Shown: positions 39,816 to 53,278 of the stretch, in pieces
How the letters are laid out: each line of letters begins with the position of its first letter
Numbering within the stretch: position 1 is the stretch's first letter
NCBI GenBank assembly: GCA_012295275.1
Contig: CM022672.1
Span: forward strand, 682,001-746,000
Reading direction: 5' to 3'
From: Chrysomallon squamiferum
Taxonomy: Eukaryota > Animalia > Mollusca
Length of the DNA stretch: 64,000 bases
Translations under genes and position numbers: made by a program
Notes under the pieces: model-generated
Database searches by the model: none
Told to the model about the DNA's origin: nothing
What the model saw: only the letters and a program-made list of their open reading frames with translations

Positions 39816-40571
39816 TACGTATGTCACCTGATGGCACCTTCCTGTTTGTTAAATGTGGCCTGTTTCCCATTCCAGCAACTGACCTCTTATCATAAGCTGT
39901 ATTACATACTTTCCTGAGAGAAACAGAATTAGATTTACAACTTTCCATAAGCAGCAATAACTAAATATGTGAATAAAATTAATGTACAAATGAGTTGAAG
40001 TTATGTTGCTTGATGAATACTTCTTGTAATTTTGTCTTAAACACTGAGTACATTTTTATAAAATAGTTTCAAGTCCTGATTCTTTTCAGTTGCTGTTATT
40101 ATTTATATATTTGTCTTAGTTGTCTTGTAAACAGCGTAGAGTTGTTTCATACAAATATACAGTATAATATATATCTACCTGTTTACCTTTATGCAAGAAC
40201 ACATACATACATATATATAAACATATATAAGATAATTACATGTATGCATATGGTATACAGACACATCAATATACTTAAATATAGCACAGTATACAAATTT
40301 TAATGATGCAGTCATTATATCAACAACTGGTTATCTTGGTTATCAGATGTATGTGTGTCTTTGCATGTGTGTTTTTATTGTGTGTTTGTGTGTCTGTATT
40401 GTGTGTGTTCGTGTGCGTGCGTGTGAAATATCACTTAGAAAATTGTATCAATCTCTTCAGAAGACTTCACTGTCAGAATTACCAAAATCAGATAGAAAAT
40501 TAATGAGTAGAGCTGTCTTGTAACAAAACAAACATTAATTTGTTTTACACCATACCCATCCTTCCTTGCAG

Positions 40572-40994
40572 GCTGTGTTACAGCTGGTGGAAATTAACCA
40601 TTACAAGAAGTACACCAGAGGCTCACTTGTGGAGGCCGTCACTTCAGTCATAGAAAACAAAATGTCCATTGTAGAAGCTAGCAAGGTTTTCAAAATCCCA
40701 GAGTCCACCATGAAAAGAAAGCTGCCTCTGGTGTATGCACCAGGTAAAAAAACATCACTATTGACCAGGGAGCAGGATGAACAGTTGGCCAACATGATGA
40801 TGAGTAGATTACTGAAAGGAACACCAATGTCTATGACGGAGGTGTGGAAAGAGGTGAAGATCATGCAGGAAACGGAGAGCAAGTCAGATTACATAAAGAA
40901 GCTGGTTCCAGACTGGTTGTGGCTAATTTTCTTTCTCAAACGACACCCATCTTTACCCAAAGATTATTTCAAAAATGACCCAGTTGGGAATTAA
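40572..40994 (+). CDS. Gene C alternative last exon V7: double HTH (140 aa)
   Basis: Acceptor ttccttgcag| phase 0; YTRGSLVEAVTSV...FKIPESTMKRKLP...WLIFFLKRHP; stop TAA. Confidence 0.85.
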   Translation, partial: AVLQLVEINHYKKYTRGSLVEAVTSVIENKMSIVEASKVFKIPESTMKRKLPLVYAPGKKTSLLTREQDEQLANMMMSRLLKGTPMSMTEVWKEVKIMQETESKSDYIKKLVPDWLWLIFFLKRHPSLPKDYFKNDPVGN

Positions 40995-41794
40995 GGCAGT
41001 GTTTGAATTTTCTTCTAGAAATTTGAAAAAAGGTAATTTTGTGTTTGAAACCACATGTAAGATAAAATAATTCACAGTTGAAGAACCATCAAGCAACAGA
41101 ATTGTAATGATTAAAAAAGTAATGAAGGCAGTGATTAGTAAAGAGCAGATTGTTGACAGTGGGAAATGAAATTGATGTCAGTACAGAACAGTATTGTATT
41201 GAGAGTCAGCTGGTTTTCTCAATACTGCACAGATAAAACAGTTTGTTAGTTTTGTTAATTTAATATTTGTGTGTACATACAGAGTCCAGGAAACATTCAA
41301 ATAATTTACTTCTGGTTTGGCATTTTTGTTTTGCCATTGAAAATTCAAATGTAAATGAACATGTACATCCTTCAGCTGTTCTGTTATTTGACTCCATCTG
41401 TTATAAATATTTGTCTTTTTGAGACACTTCGATTTTACAGCTTTTAAATGAGCTTATTAAAAAACCCATAAAGTTATTCTGAAGTTCAGACAAGTTAACT
41501 ATGAACTCTACATCATAAACTATTAGACGTTGTTTCTAAACTGTATAGCTTTACCAATAATTTTTAGGAGACAGTCATATCAGACATTTTAAATTAAACC
41601 TGCAAAGTGTATCTCATTGAAAACAAAGTGAACATCTGTATCTGACATTGTTAGAAGTGTGAGAAGTATTTGTGAATAGAACAATGGGTTACAAAGCACT
41701 TTCTATCTGAGTATTGGCTTCTCAGTGAAAATGAAAGAGACTAATTATTTGTGGTTGATAAGTAGAATATTTACCCTGTGTACGCTTGTTTCAG

Positions 41795-42220
41795 GGGATG
41801 GGCTGGCGTTTTGACAGTAGAAGTAGATATCGCAGCTACAACCAGCACGACATGCAGAGAGCCATCAGAGCCGTTATAGAAGACAGATGTTCCATTAGCA
41901 GTGCGAGCAGACAGTACAGTGTGCCAGCGACAACGCTGAAGCGTAAATTGCCCGTTGTACGCAGTCGCCGTCAGCACAGAACACTGCTGACTGAGGAGCA
42001 GGAGAGCGAGCTGGTGAAGCTGATGTTGCAAAATCTGCACAGTGGTCGTCCCCTGTCTAAGAGTGAAGTGTGTGGCGAGGCCAAGAAACTGCTAGATTTA
42101 TACTCTCCACGAGCCTCTCTCTTCAAAGTGAGCGCACCAGACTGGTCGTGGCTTGTCTACTTTCTCAAACGAAATCCTCAGATACCTAGAGATTACTTCT
42201 TGTCAGCCAAAAAACACTGA
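41795..42220 (+). CDS. Gene C alternative last exon V8: double HTH (141 aa)
   Basis: Acceptor cttgtttcag| phase 0; YNQHDMQRAIRAV...YSVPATTLKRKLP...LTEEQESELV...WLVYFLKRNP; stop TGA. Confidence 0.85.
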   Translation, partial: GMGWRFDSRSRYRSYNQHDMQRAIRAVIEDRCSISSASRQYSVPATTLKRKLPVVRSRRQHRTLLTEEQESELVKLMLQNLHSGRPLSKSEVCGEAKKLLDLYSPRASLFKVSAPDWSWLVYFLKRNPQIPRDYFLSAKKH

Positions 42221-42661
42221 TTGTTACTGTAATCAGCCATGTAAATCTGTCTGAAAACAGCAATACAGCATGTTAACTTTTCTTTTATTTATTTAAATAT
42301 ATTGTACATGTTAAATGTTACATGCAGAGCCATTTTCATCTCTCTAGCATTGGTCCAGTATTAATGCTGGTAAGGCAGAATATATTCTTTAGCATTTAAG
42401 ATTGTCATACGGAATACTTAAGATTCAAACCAGCTCTGATGAGTTATCTGACATTTGTTTGCCCCAATACAACAAAATACTATTTTCAAAAATAAAATTA
42501 CATATTTTCGTATGATAATCTGAAGTATAATAACAAAAAACTATGTGTTTCACATCCGTTAATAATAAAGTTTATTTATATAATGCATTTCACGTTTTAT
42601 GTTGTTTGTTGTTCACTTCTATGAATTTTATCAGTAATAATGATGCATTATTCTTCAAGGA

Positions 42662-42775
<114 letters not shown>

Positions 42776-43219
42776 ATCAGACAGATGATACATATATAGA
42801 CTGGTTGTCTTGTAATTGAATTATCATGGTTACATGATGCATGAGCTGCAGGTTTACACAAGTTAAAAAATAAATTGTTTTTCACATAACTTTATTTTAA
42901 TGAAACCACGTTTATCTTTACAGCAGTAAAAGATTAATTTTATTACAATCTATACATTGTCCAATACATAAGAGCAATTGCAAATGAAGAAAAAACATAA
43001 CGGCATAAAACCTGATTACACTATTACAATAGATTTTGAAAGCTATCATAATTAAGCAGTTTTTAACCAACCAAAATTAGCAACAACAAGAAACAAATAT
43101 AATTTATCACTTTTCTTCAATTATAACATATGGCTATTTTCATATGTACATGCTTTAGACATTTAAATGCGTTATCTTTATGGTTGTTATAATGTTTCAC
43201 CATTTTCCTGTTTGCTTTT

Positions 43220-43306
<87 letters not shown>

Positions 43307-43454
43307 CATCAATATGTCTATTCAGGGTTGCTGAAAACTTGCATAAGTAAAATCGTATATTGAAATAACAACAACAACAACAACTTACAAAAGGCAAAGA
43401 AGAGTACAAAGTAAGAAACATGGTAGTTTACAGTGGTCTATTTATTTCTTACAG

Positions 43455-43862
43455 ATGTACCTAGCACAAATGACACAAGACAGATCTGACACCAATCTGA
43501 AAGCCGCGATACATGCTGTCGTGGAAGAAAATATATCTATTCACGCAGCCAGCATCAGATTCAACGTATCAGAATCCAAATTAAAGAGACGTGTACCTAT
43601 GCTGGGAAGCAGACGAGGGGCTGCGGTTCTCACAGAACAGGAGGAAAAAACACTAGTACAGATGTTAATTGACCGGAAGCAGAGTGGTTACCCTATGTCA
43701 ATGGTGGAGCTGTACGCAGAAGTGAAGAAGATGATAGATGTCAACCCACGACCTAACAAATGGAAAGATAATCAACCCAGTTATGGCTGGCTTGTTTACT
43801 TTTTAAAAAGAAATCCTGACTTACCGAAAGACATTTTTAGAAAGAAGTTTCACCACTTGTGA
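43455..43862 (+). CDS. Gene C alternative last exon V9: double HTH (135 aa)
   Basis: Acceptor tttcttacag|ATG phase 0; NLKAAIHAV...FNVSESKLKRRVP...LTEQEEKTLV...WLVYFLKRNP; stop TGA. Confidence 0.85.
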   Translation: MYLAQMTQDRSDTNLKAAIHAVVEENISIHAASIRFNVSESKLKRRVPMLGSRRGAAVLTEQEEKTLVQMLIDRKQSGYPMSMVELYAEVKKMIDVNPRPNKWKDNQPSYGWLVYFLKRNPDLPKDIFRKKFHHL

Positions 43863-44286
43863 GGTTACTATAGAACATGGTCAGTGTGCTGAAGTAACTC
43901 AAATATCTGATTCGCTGATTACGTTTTTCTCATTATAAACGAAAACTAATATCAGCACTCGTCCTTCTTCTGTAACGTATTGCATTTCAACGGCTTCCGT
44001 TTACGAAGTATAATAATAGACGATAACTGAATCCATAGAACTATAAATCATTAATAAAACAACTGTCAGTTTTCAGTTTAGAACACAATTTTTTTTGATA
44101 TTTTTTTATATATATATATTTTTTTTTTGATATATATATACAACTCGCTAACATAATAATTCACATACTAACATAAAACCGATTTACACAATTCCTAATA
44201 TGTGTCAGCCTGATAAACATGAAGTATTCTAATGACATCATCTGTAGAATGTGTTGTCAATACCATTGGTTTTTTTATTAAGAGAA

Positions 44287-44383
<97 letters not shown>

Positions 44384-45021
44384 GACAGTGTATCTGATCT
44401 GTACATTGGATAGTTGAATAATGTTTAACTTATCAAATCTCAGTCTTGTTTGTGCTGTCATGTATACTTTATAACTGAACTGTCTGTGATATCTCAGTTA
44501 TTATTTAATGCGACATATGCTGCATTAAACGTAGTAAGTTTATCAACAATGAATACATTCGAGATTGATTCTGATTTACCGTATTTAATTCTCTGTAATA
44601 AATATTTAACCTACACTGGGATTCATGTTGTTTTATTTTTTGTACTCGTTACATGTTTTATAGAAAATGCAGACATTTTTATGTCCTCTTATTGGCAAAC
44701 TGTTAAAACCTGACATTACTATCTTAATGTCGAATCCTTGCTACCGTGATAAAAACAAGACATTATCATTATGTTAATGTCCACTCATCCGTGTTAAATC
44801 GCAGACTGCATCATTATCTTGATGATCACTCCTTGCTACCATGTTAAAATCAAACTTTATCATTATCTCAGTGCCCACTCATACCTACCTTTTTTATGTC
44901 CGAATTTAGGCAACTCCATAACGTCTTTAAATAGCCATCAGTTAAATTTGTGTTATTCAGCAGTGAATGAGGCAAACACAGCTGAGACGTTTATATAAGA
45001 ATTTACGCCTTTGTTTTGTAG

Positions 45022-45438
45022 GACGTGTTGGAGAGATCTCGCCGCCCCTCCCAGTACAAATGTTACACAGAAGAGCACATGAAACAGGCCATAGATGCCG
45101 TAGTGAACAAACAGATGAATCTTAGAAAAGCCAGCGAACTATTCCACATTCCAGAAAGCACACTGGAGTCCAAGCTGCCTCTCATACCGAGCTCCACTGG
45201 AAATGCTCCAGTCCTCAACAAGAGAGAGGAAGCTGAACTTGCCAACCTAATCGTGACGAGATACCAACAAGGCAAACCTCTGACTCGCCTGGAGATTCTC
45301 ACTGAAGCAAAGAAAGTGATCGAGGCGACGGGCAGACCGAATCCGTTCAGGAACAACTGTCCTGGCTATCGCTGGCTGGGCAGGTTTCTTAGGAGAAATC
45401 CATGCGTCCAAGATGCGTTTCTAAAGAGGAAATCGTGA
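45022..45438 (+). CDS. Gene C alternative last exon V10: double HTH (138 aa)
   Basis: Acceptor tgttttgtag| phase 0; YTEEHMKQAIDAV...FHIPESTLESKLP...WLGRFLRRNP; stop TGA. Confidence 0.85.
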   Translation, partial: DVLERSRRPSQYKCYTEEHMKQAIDAVVNKQMNLRKASELFHIPESTLESKLPLIPSSTGNAPVLNKREEAELANLIVTRYQQGKPLTRLEILTEAKKVIEATGRPNPFRNNCPGYRWLGRFLRRNPCVQDAFLKRKS

Positions 45439-45714
45439 CACGCCAGTGTTGGTTATTACGACAATTACACCTTTAATTGGTTTAAAATAGAGAATCACCT
45501 GTATTAGGAGCGAATCTACGACATAACCTCAGCAGAAAAACGTCCAAAATGAATTTTAAATTTGAGAGGGGATTTTAAATACAGTTAATAGTTTAGTTTT
45601 TAATTTTAAATTGTGAATAAAATAAAACAACTACAACAAAAAAATAATAATGATTAAAATAAAACATATAAAAGCAATTAGTTCATATCTGCTTAATGTT
45701 GACCTGATTCTCAG

Positions 45715-45754
<40 letters not shown>

Positions 45755-46974
45755 CAAGGGATTCTATCAACAATTTATCTCAATATAAATGTTACAAATA
45801 ATTCTATAACCTGCAGTTAGTATAGATATTATAAGTGATTACATAAATTATGAATACCAACAATAGTATCACATAGTATCATAAAGCCCACACTACTTTG
45901 TTTTCACTACAAGTTGTGTTTTAGTTTCTGAGATGATTCGCAATAACACAGGTATTAAAACACTTTGCTTCATTGGTTACATATATACAAGAAAATCAGT
46001 GGCTGGGGCACAACGTCTGTACAAGGAGGACGAGATCGTGCTTTAGATGATACGTCTTTTCTTGATGCTCAGAACATCTTACCTTACAGAATACTTCGAT
46101 AGAACACGTATGAATGGTACAAGGCTTAGATTACGTTAAATCCCAGCCTTGTTTCCAGTTGAAAAATGGAATCTGTTAATAGTGATTATCGTCAAATATT
46201 TATTGTGAAGGCTGCAACAAAATATTCAAACGTCTTGTGAGCTAGTCATTCGACCATCTGGACACCCACTGATGCGCTGTGCAGAGAAATACTAATAAAA
46301 AATTAAAAAAGATAAAAAAGAAAGGTTAAGAATTCGGCTGCGATTTACGAATCACCGCACAGAATTCATAGATGAAAGAAGACACTGGAACAAGTAATTC
46401 TTGGAAGTGACAGCAACATGAGAATTTTTAACTTTTATATGAATAAAAAATAAAAAGTAAATTATTCTCTCATGTTTTATTTTGTAAATTTGAAAACTAA
46501 ATTTGTCAGTAGAGATTGTTTTGAACTATATGTTCAATCATTTATAACAGAATTGTTTCTTGATATTCTGTGCATGTACAAAAGGAATAAATAAATAAAT
46601 GACTGAAAAAATTAAAAGAAAAATAGATAATAATAATAAAGAGACAAAAAATTAAAAAGAAAAAGAAAGAAAAATAGAGCAAAACAAAACAATCACCCGT
46701 TCTCTATATTTATACTGTTCGCTTTCTCTCTCTCCTTTCCTCCCTCTCCGTCGCTCTCTCCTTCCCTAGCTCCCTGTCCCTGTCCCTCCCCTCTTCTCCG
46801 TCTCTCTCTCTCTTTCCAATTTAGAAATACATTTATTGAAGAGTTCAGTGGGTCAAAACATTGTACAGCATGACGAAAATCTTTGTGTGTAAAATATATA
46901 TATTATTCAAAAAAGAAATTCCTGATCAGATTATCATCACGTTGTTGTTGCATTGATGTTTACTCTATCCTGTA

Positions 46975-49612
46975 AAGTATAGTACTATGCGCTGCACAGT
47001 GGTGTATACTGTACTCGGTAATGTACTGTAATATGTAGCACAGTGGTGTATAGTATACTCGGTAATGTACTGTAATATGTAGCACAGTGGGGTATAGTTT
47101 ACTCGGTAATATACTGTAATATGTAGCACAGTGGCGTATTGAGTACTCGGTAATATACTATAATATGTAGCACAGTGATGTATACTGTACTCGGTAATAT
47201 ACTTTAATATGTAGCACAGTGGTGTATAGTATACTCGGTAATATACTATAATATGTAGCACAGTGGCGTATAGTGTACTCGGTAATGTACTGTAATATGT
47301 AGTATACAGTTGTGTATAGTGTACTCGGTAATGTACTGTAATATGTAGTATACAGTTGTGTATAGTGTACTCGGTAATGTACTGTAATATGTAGCACAGT
47401 AGTGTACGGTGAACTCGGTAATGTACTGTAATATGTAGCACAGTGGCGTATAGTGTACTCGGTAAATACTGTACTATGTAAGTATAGTGGTGTACGTACC
47501 GGTAATGTACTGTAAATGGTGTATATGTACAGTAATATGGTGTACACGGTAGTGTATGGTGAACTCGGTAATATACTATAATATGTAGCACAGTGGTTAT
47601 AGTGTACTCGGTAATGTACTGTAATATGTAGTATACAGTGGTGTATAGGTTACTCGGTAATGTACTGTAATATGTAGTACACAGTGGTGTATAGTGTACT
47701 CGGTAATGTACTGTAATATGTAGTATACAGTGGTGTATGGTGTACTCGGTAATGTACTGTAATATGTAGTACACAGTGGTGTATAGGTTACTCGGTAATG
47801 TACTGTAATATGTAGTATACAGTTGTGTATAGTGTACTCGGTAATGTACTGTAATATGTAGCACACAGTAGTGTATGGTGAACTCGGTAATATACTATAA
47901 TATGTAGCACACTGGTGTATAGGTTACTCGGTAATGTACTGTAATATGTGTATACACAGTGGTGTATAGGTTACTCGGTAATGTACTGTAATATGTAGTA
48001 CACAGTGGTGTATAGTGTACTCGGTAATGTACTGTAATATGTAGCACACAGTAGTGTATGGTGAACTCGGTAATATACTATAATATGTAGCACAGTGGTT
48101 ATAGTGTACTCGGTAATGTACTGTAATATGTAGTACACAGTCGTGTATAGTGTACTCGGTAATGTACTGTAATATGTAGCACACAGTGGTGTATAGGTTA
48201 CTCGGTAATGTACTGTAATATGTAGCATATGTACTCAGTACTGTAACGGTAGTGTATGGTGAACTCGGTAATGTACTATAATATGTAGTACACAGTGGTG
48301 TATAGTGTACTCGGTAATGTACTGTAATATGTAGTACACAGTGGTGTATAGTGTACTCGGTAATGTACTGTAATATGTAGCACACAGTAGTGTATGGTGA
48401 ACTCGGTAATATACTATAATATGTAGCACAGTGGTGTATAGGTTACTCGGTAATGTACTGTAATATGTAGTACACAGTGGTGTATAGGTTACTCGGTAAT
48501 GTGGTATAGGTTACTCGGTAATGTACTGTAATATGTAGTACACAGTGGTGTATAGTGTACTCGGTAATGTACTGTAATATGTAGTACACAGTGGTGTATA
48601 GTGTACTCGGTAATGTACTGTAATATGTAGTACACAGTGGTGTATAGGTTACTCGGTAATGTACTGTAATATGTAGTACACAGTGGTGTATAGGTTACTC
48701 GGTAATGTACTGTAATATGTAGTACACAGTGGTGTATAGGTTACTCGGTAATGTACTGTAATATGTAGTACACAGTGGTGTATAGGTTACTCGGTAATGT
48801 ACTGTAATATGTAGTACACAGTGGTGTATAGGTTACTCGGTAATGTACTGTAATATGTAGTATACAGTTGTGTAGTACACAGTGGTGTAGGTTACTCGGT
48901 AATGTACTGTAATATGTAGTACACAGTGGTGTATAGGTTACTCGGTAATGTACTGTAATATGTAGTACACAGTGGTGTATAGTGTTACTCGGTAATGTAC
49001 TGTAATATGTAGTACACAGTGGTGTATAGTGTACTCGGTAATGTACTGTAATATGTAGTACACAGTGGTGTATAGTGTACTCGGTAATGTACTGTAATAT
49101 GTAGCACAGTAGTTTATAGTATACTCGGTAATATACTGTAATATGTAGCACACTGGTGTATACTGTTCTCGGTAATGTACTGTAATATGTAGTATACAGT
49201 GATGTATACTGTATTCGGTAATGTACTGTAATATGTAGCACACAGTGTTGTATAGTATACTCGGTAATATACTGTAATATGTAGCACACTGGTGTATACT
49301 GTACTCGGTAATGTACTGTAATATGTAGTATACAGTGATGTATACTGTACTCGATAATGTCCTGTAATATGTAGCACACAGTGGTGTATAGTATACTCGG
49401 TAATATACTGTAATTTGTAGCACACTCGTGTATACTGTACTCGGTAATGTACTGTAATATGTAGCACTGTAGTTTATAGTATACTCGGTAATATACTGTA
49501 ATATGTAGCACACTGGTGTATACTGTACTCGGTAATGTACTGTAATATGTAGTATACAGTGATGTATACTGTACTCGGTAATGTACTGTAATATGTAGCA
49601 CACAGTGGTGTG
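46975..49612. repeat. Tandem minisatellite, 44-46-bp unit, roughly 55-60 copies
   Basis: Unit ctcggtaatgtactgtaatatgtag(ta)cacagtggtgtatag(tg/gt)ta; ctcgg anchors are 44 bp (47014/47058) or 46 bp (48744/48790) apart. It explains all overlapping Y/T/H-rich ORFs. Confidence 0.95.
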
Positions 49613-50398
49613 ATGAAGCTGGTAATACACACTCGTATTCTCAGTTACCTTTGTCTGTCTTCACGGAGGTGAAGCTGCTAGACCAGAGGTAAATTTGTTA
49701 GACTCATGCTGATCTTCTTCAGTTTATTCAGTTTCATATATATTGCAAGCGCACGCTCGCGCGTTTGTATGTGTGTGTGTGTGTGTGTGTGTGCGTGTGC
49801 GTGTGCTTATGCCTGTGCCTGTGTCTGTGCCTCTTCGGTGCAGACAGTGATTCTGTCTCTGAATTAATAAAATTTAACCAACATTACTAATGGCTGAACG
49901 AATCTATTTTTGTTAATTCAGTTAGAAGCAGAATCGGGTTTTCTTCTTTATAAAGTTGGTTAGAGGGGATTATCAACAAGATGCAGTCATGAGGCAAAAC
50001 GGCAACATTTGTTTGTTTTTTTCTTTTAAGGTTGTCGCGTTTTCTTGATTATCTTTGTTTCTGTAGCCTAGCTGGGCCTGGATAATTTATATACATTGTG
50101 TATGGAGTCAGTGGTAGGAGATAGGTAATTTCTTCTGTATACTGGGATTCCTGTCCGCCATTTCCTATGCAAGAGTCTGTGTAGCATATTCACTGTAGCA
50201 GAGAATAGTTTTAAAATGTAATAATTCGTTGTCTTTTATTCGAATAAACAGTACTGATACAGTAAAGAGATAATAAATAAATAAATAAATAAATTTAAAA
50301 AAAGCCTAGAGAAAAAACCAGGTTACAAACGATCAGTATTCAATAAAAATAGAAATGTTCTTGACAGCAAACAGTGATAGTGGGTTTTTTCGTTTCAG

Positions 50399-50791
50399 AC
50401 TATGAGGACTAAACGATACAGCGACGAGGATTTGAGTGCGGCCATCACGGCAATCTGTAACCGAACTTTGACTACAGTACAGGCGTGCAGAACGTTCAAC
50501 ATACCTCGCAGTACAATTCTCATGAAATTACCTCTGATGTCCAATCCTAAATCATATTCGTTTCTGTCCGCCCAAGAGGAAAGCAATCTCGCCCACTTCT
50601 TTGTAGACAAATGTAAGAACGGAAATTACATCACTAAAGCTGACATCGTGGCGAAATTGGATGAAATACTGTTGCCGTCTGGAAGGCAAAATCCGTTCAG
50701 CGCTGGACGACGTATGTACGGGTGGTTGAGATGTTTCTTCAGGCGACATCCAGAAGTGCCCAAAAAGAATTTCGTTGGTGTCAGCGTTTGA
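50399..50791 (+). CDS. Gene C alternative last exon V11: double HTH (130 aa)
   Basis: Acceptor ttcgtttcag| phase 0; YSDEDLSAAITAI...FNIPRSTILMKLP...LSAQEESNLA...WLRCFFRRHP; stop TGA. Confidence 0.85.
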   Translation, partial: TMRTKRYSDEDLSAAITAICNRTLTTVQACRTFNIPRSTILMKLPLMSNPKSYSFLSAQEESNLAHFFVDKCKNGNYITKADIVAKLDEILLPSGRQNPFSAGRRMYGWLRCFFRRHPEVPKKNFVGVSV

Positions 50792-51475
50792 TAACGTTTG
50801 TGTAGTAAAAGGGGATATAAGTAAACAACCACCCAACAAGCAACCATTAAAAAACAATTAAAAAAAACAATTAAAAACCTACAAAACACAAAACAAATAA
50901 AAACAACAATGAACAAATAAATAAAATAACTCCTCACAGAAAGATAATCAGTTAGAAAAAAAGACAGAACACAACTACTGATTTTAATTATTCATGTCTG
51001 AGTGAAGTAGTCTTTGGTATCAAGTGTTCACCTGACAGCTAAAGAAAACTGAGAAATAACTGTTTGTGTCCAGGTTACTGTCCGAATGAACAATTAATTA
51101 AATTCGTCTATTTTTTTCTTACTGTTGACTGAGTTGTGTTACGTTCAGATGGAAGATGATGGTTAAAGATGATATTTTTACCACACAGGTTTTATTTTCG
51201 ATTATTTCTGCCTCCACTGTTTGTCATTTTGTTTTAGATCTTTTTTCTCTAAAGTTTGTCGTAATGTCTTAATTCCTTGATCCAGCGTTTTGCAATAACA
51301 GAGTTTACCCTAATCATTGTCATGATATTCCAGACATGTTTGTCTTTTTATCCAGTTTCTATTCATATTTCACATTCGTGTCTCAAGTTTTTATATATTA
51401 TAATATACACAATACTTGTGTACGGTGTTTTGCGTAATTTCTGTTAACTTAGATACTCGCTTTGTTGTTTTTCAG

Positions 51476-51886
51476 GAAGAGTTTCGACAAAAACGACGCG
51501 CACACTATAAGTGTTACACAGACACTAATCTCAGACAGGCCATAGACGCCGTGCTTAACAAAACAATGAGCATTCGTAAAGCCAGCGATGTATTCAGAAT
51601 TCCCGGCAGTACCTTGGAGGCAAAGCTTCCTGTCATCTCGGGAATATCGAGAAATGCCACGAGTCTGTCTAAAGATGAGGAAGCTGCTTTGGCTCGCCTG
51701 GTCATAGAGCGTCACGACAGCGGGTCCCCGCTCACTCGGATGCAGATACGATTCGAAGCTCAGAAGCTGATCGAAGCCAGCGGTAGAACTAGTTCAGCAC
51801 GTAACACGTGTCCCACTTACCGCTGGCTGGCCAAATTTCTGAGACGAAATCCACAAGTTAGAGAAGAGTTTATTAAAAAGTCATGA
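51476..51886 (+). CDS. Gene C alternative last exon V12: double HTH (136 aa)
   Basis: Acceptor gtttttcag| phase 0; YTDTNLRQAIDAV...FRIPGSTLEAKLP...WLAKFLRRNP; stop TGA; AATAAA at 51922. Confidence 0.85.
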   Translation, partial: EEFRQKRRAHYKCYTDTNLRQAIDAVLNKTMSIRKASDVFRIPGSTLEAKLPVISGISRNATSLSKDEEAALARLVIERHDSGSPLTRMQIRFEAQKLIEASGRTSSARNTCPTYRWLAKFLRRNPQVREEFIKKS

Positions 51887-51971
51887 TAAACTCTACTGTA
51901 ACGCTGAACAACTATTAGTTTAATAAATCGTTCTACGCTTTTGTGCATTAAAGATATCTTTAAACGTTGTT

Positions 51972-51973
<2 letters not shown>

Positions 51974-52052
<79 letters not shown>

Positions 52053-52066
52053 TGTTTGTGTGTGTG
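51974..52066. repeat. (GT)n microsatellite
   Basis: Near-perfect GT run downstream of V12; shorter runs near 39255-39282, 45721-45753, 49770-49805. Confidence 0.9.
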
Positions 52067-53278
52067 TTTATATTTGAGAGAGAAACAAAAAACTTCATGA
52101 AGAATAATACAGGATTATTAATATAACATTCACAGAAATGAACGACAGTCAACATAAAACGTGTAATGGTAGCGAAATGCATTATATAAATATATTTTAT
52201 TAATGGATGTGAAACACATATGTTTGCGTTATTATACTTCAGATTATCATACGAAAGTCTGTAATTTTATTTTTGAAAGTGAAATAAAATAGTATTTTGT
52301 TGTTTTTCGAGTCATGTTGGTTTTAGGGAAAATCAAATATCAAACTGGTTTGAATCATAAGTATCCCATATAACGATTTTAGGCGTTACGCTATAAAATA
52401 TATTTGGTCTCAACTAGACGAATATTGGACAACGCTAAAGTGAAGAAGCTCCGTTCATTTTAGCCAGTCTTGGGACATTGGCGAAGTCCTGTACAGTGTC
52501 ACAGCTGGGATCACTGCAATAACTGGGATAAGTTTAAAAATGAAAATATAACAAAGAAAATGTCTAAATGTGTGGAGACCGCCATTTTTTCAGTAATGTT
52601 GATATCTTTGCTTACATGATGTGTTTATTGATCTGCCATTGTTTATAGAATTGAGTTAATTCTGTAAATAATTTCTACACCTAGTGAAACAGTTTCATTA
52701 TCTTTTTAAAGTTGACCGCTAATTATCAAGATTCAGTAAAGTAAATATATTTATTATTTATACAGCTGAAGAATTAATAGTTTGCTTAAAACATTTTTAG
52801 CTCAGGTTTTGACAATTTTGTACACGTATAATTTAGCTTACTACATGAACAGGAGAAGTGAAACAACTCTGCACTAATTTCAAAATTGATGATGTTTATT
52901 TTCGTTAACCCTTTGTTCGTATGACATTGCGACATGTTTTCGTACCTAGCATTTAAATAGCTTAGAAAAAAAATAATATTAATATATATATATTAAAAAC
53001 AATGAGATCTACTGGCCTTTCATCATTTCCTTTATTTTATTATATTTAAATTTTATTTCTTTAAATTGAATTGTAGAATACATGTAATGAAATCTGAAAA
53101 GAGGAAAACATGAACAAATAATTTTTGCACTCTATTAATTCTGAATAGACACGGAACAGCTTGCGAAACGTATTCAGTTTCCAATACATTAAACATTAAT
53201 CGTTTTCTTTTACTTATTTCTTTTTTCTTTTATTATTATTGTTGATGTTGTTATTATCATCATTATTTTTATTTTCAG

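Noticed and set aside
46975-49612. CRISPR array or repetitive protein gene (long Y/T/H-rich ORFs)
   Set aside because: The variable parts are variants of one sequence, not unique spacers. There are no cas genes and the context is eukaryotic. The ORFs occur in several frames as a by-product of the repeat.
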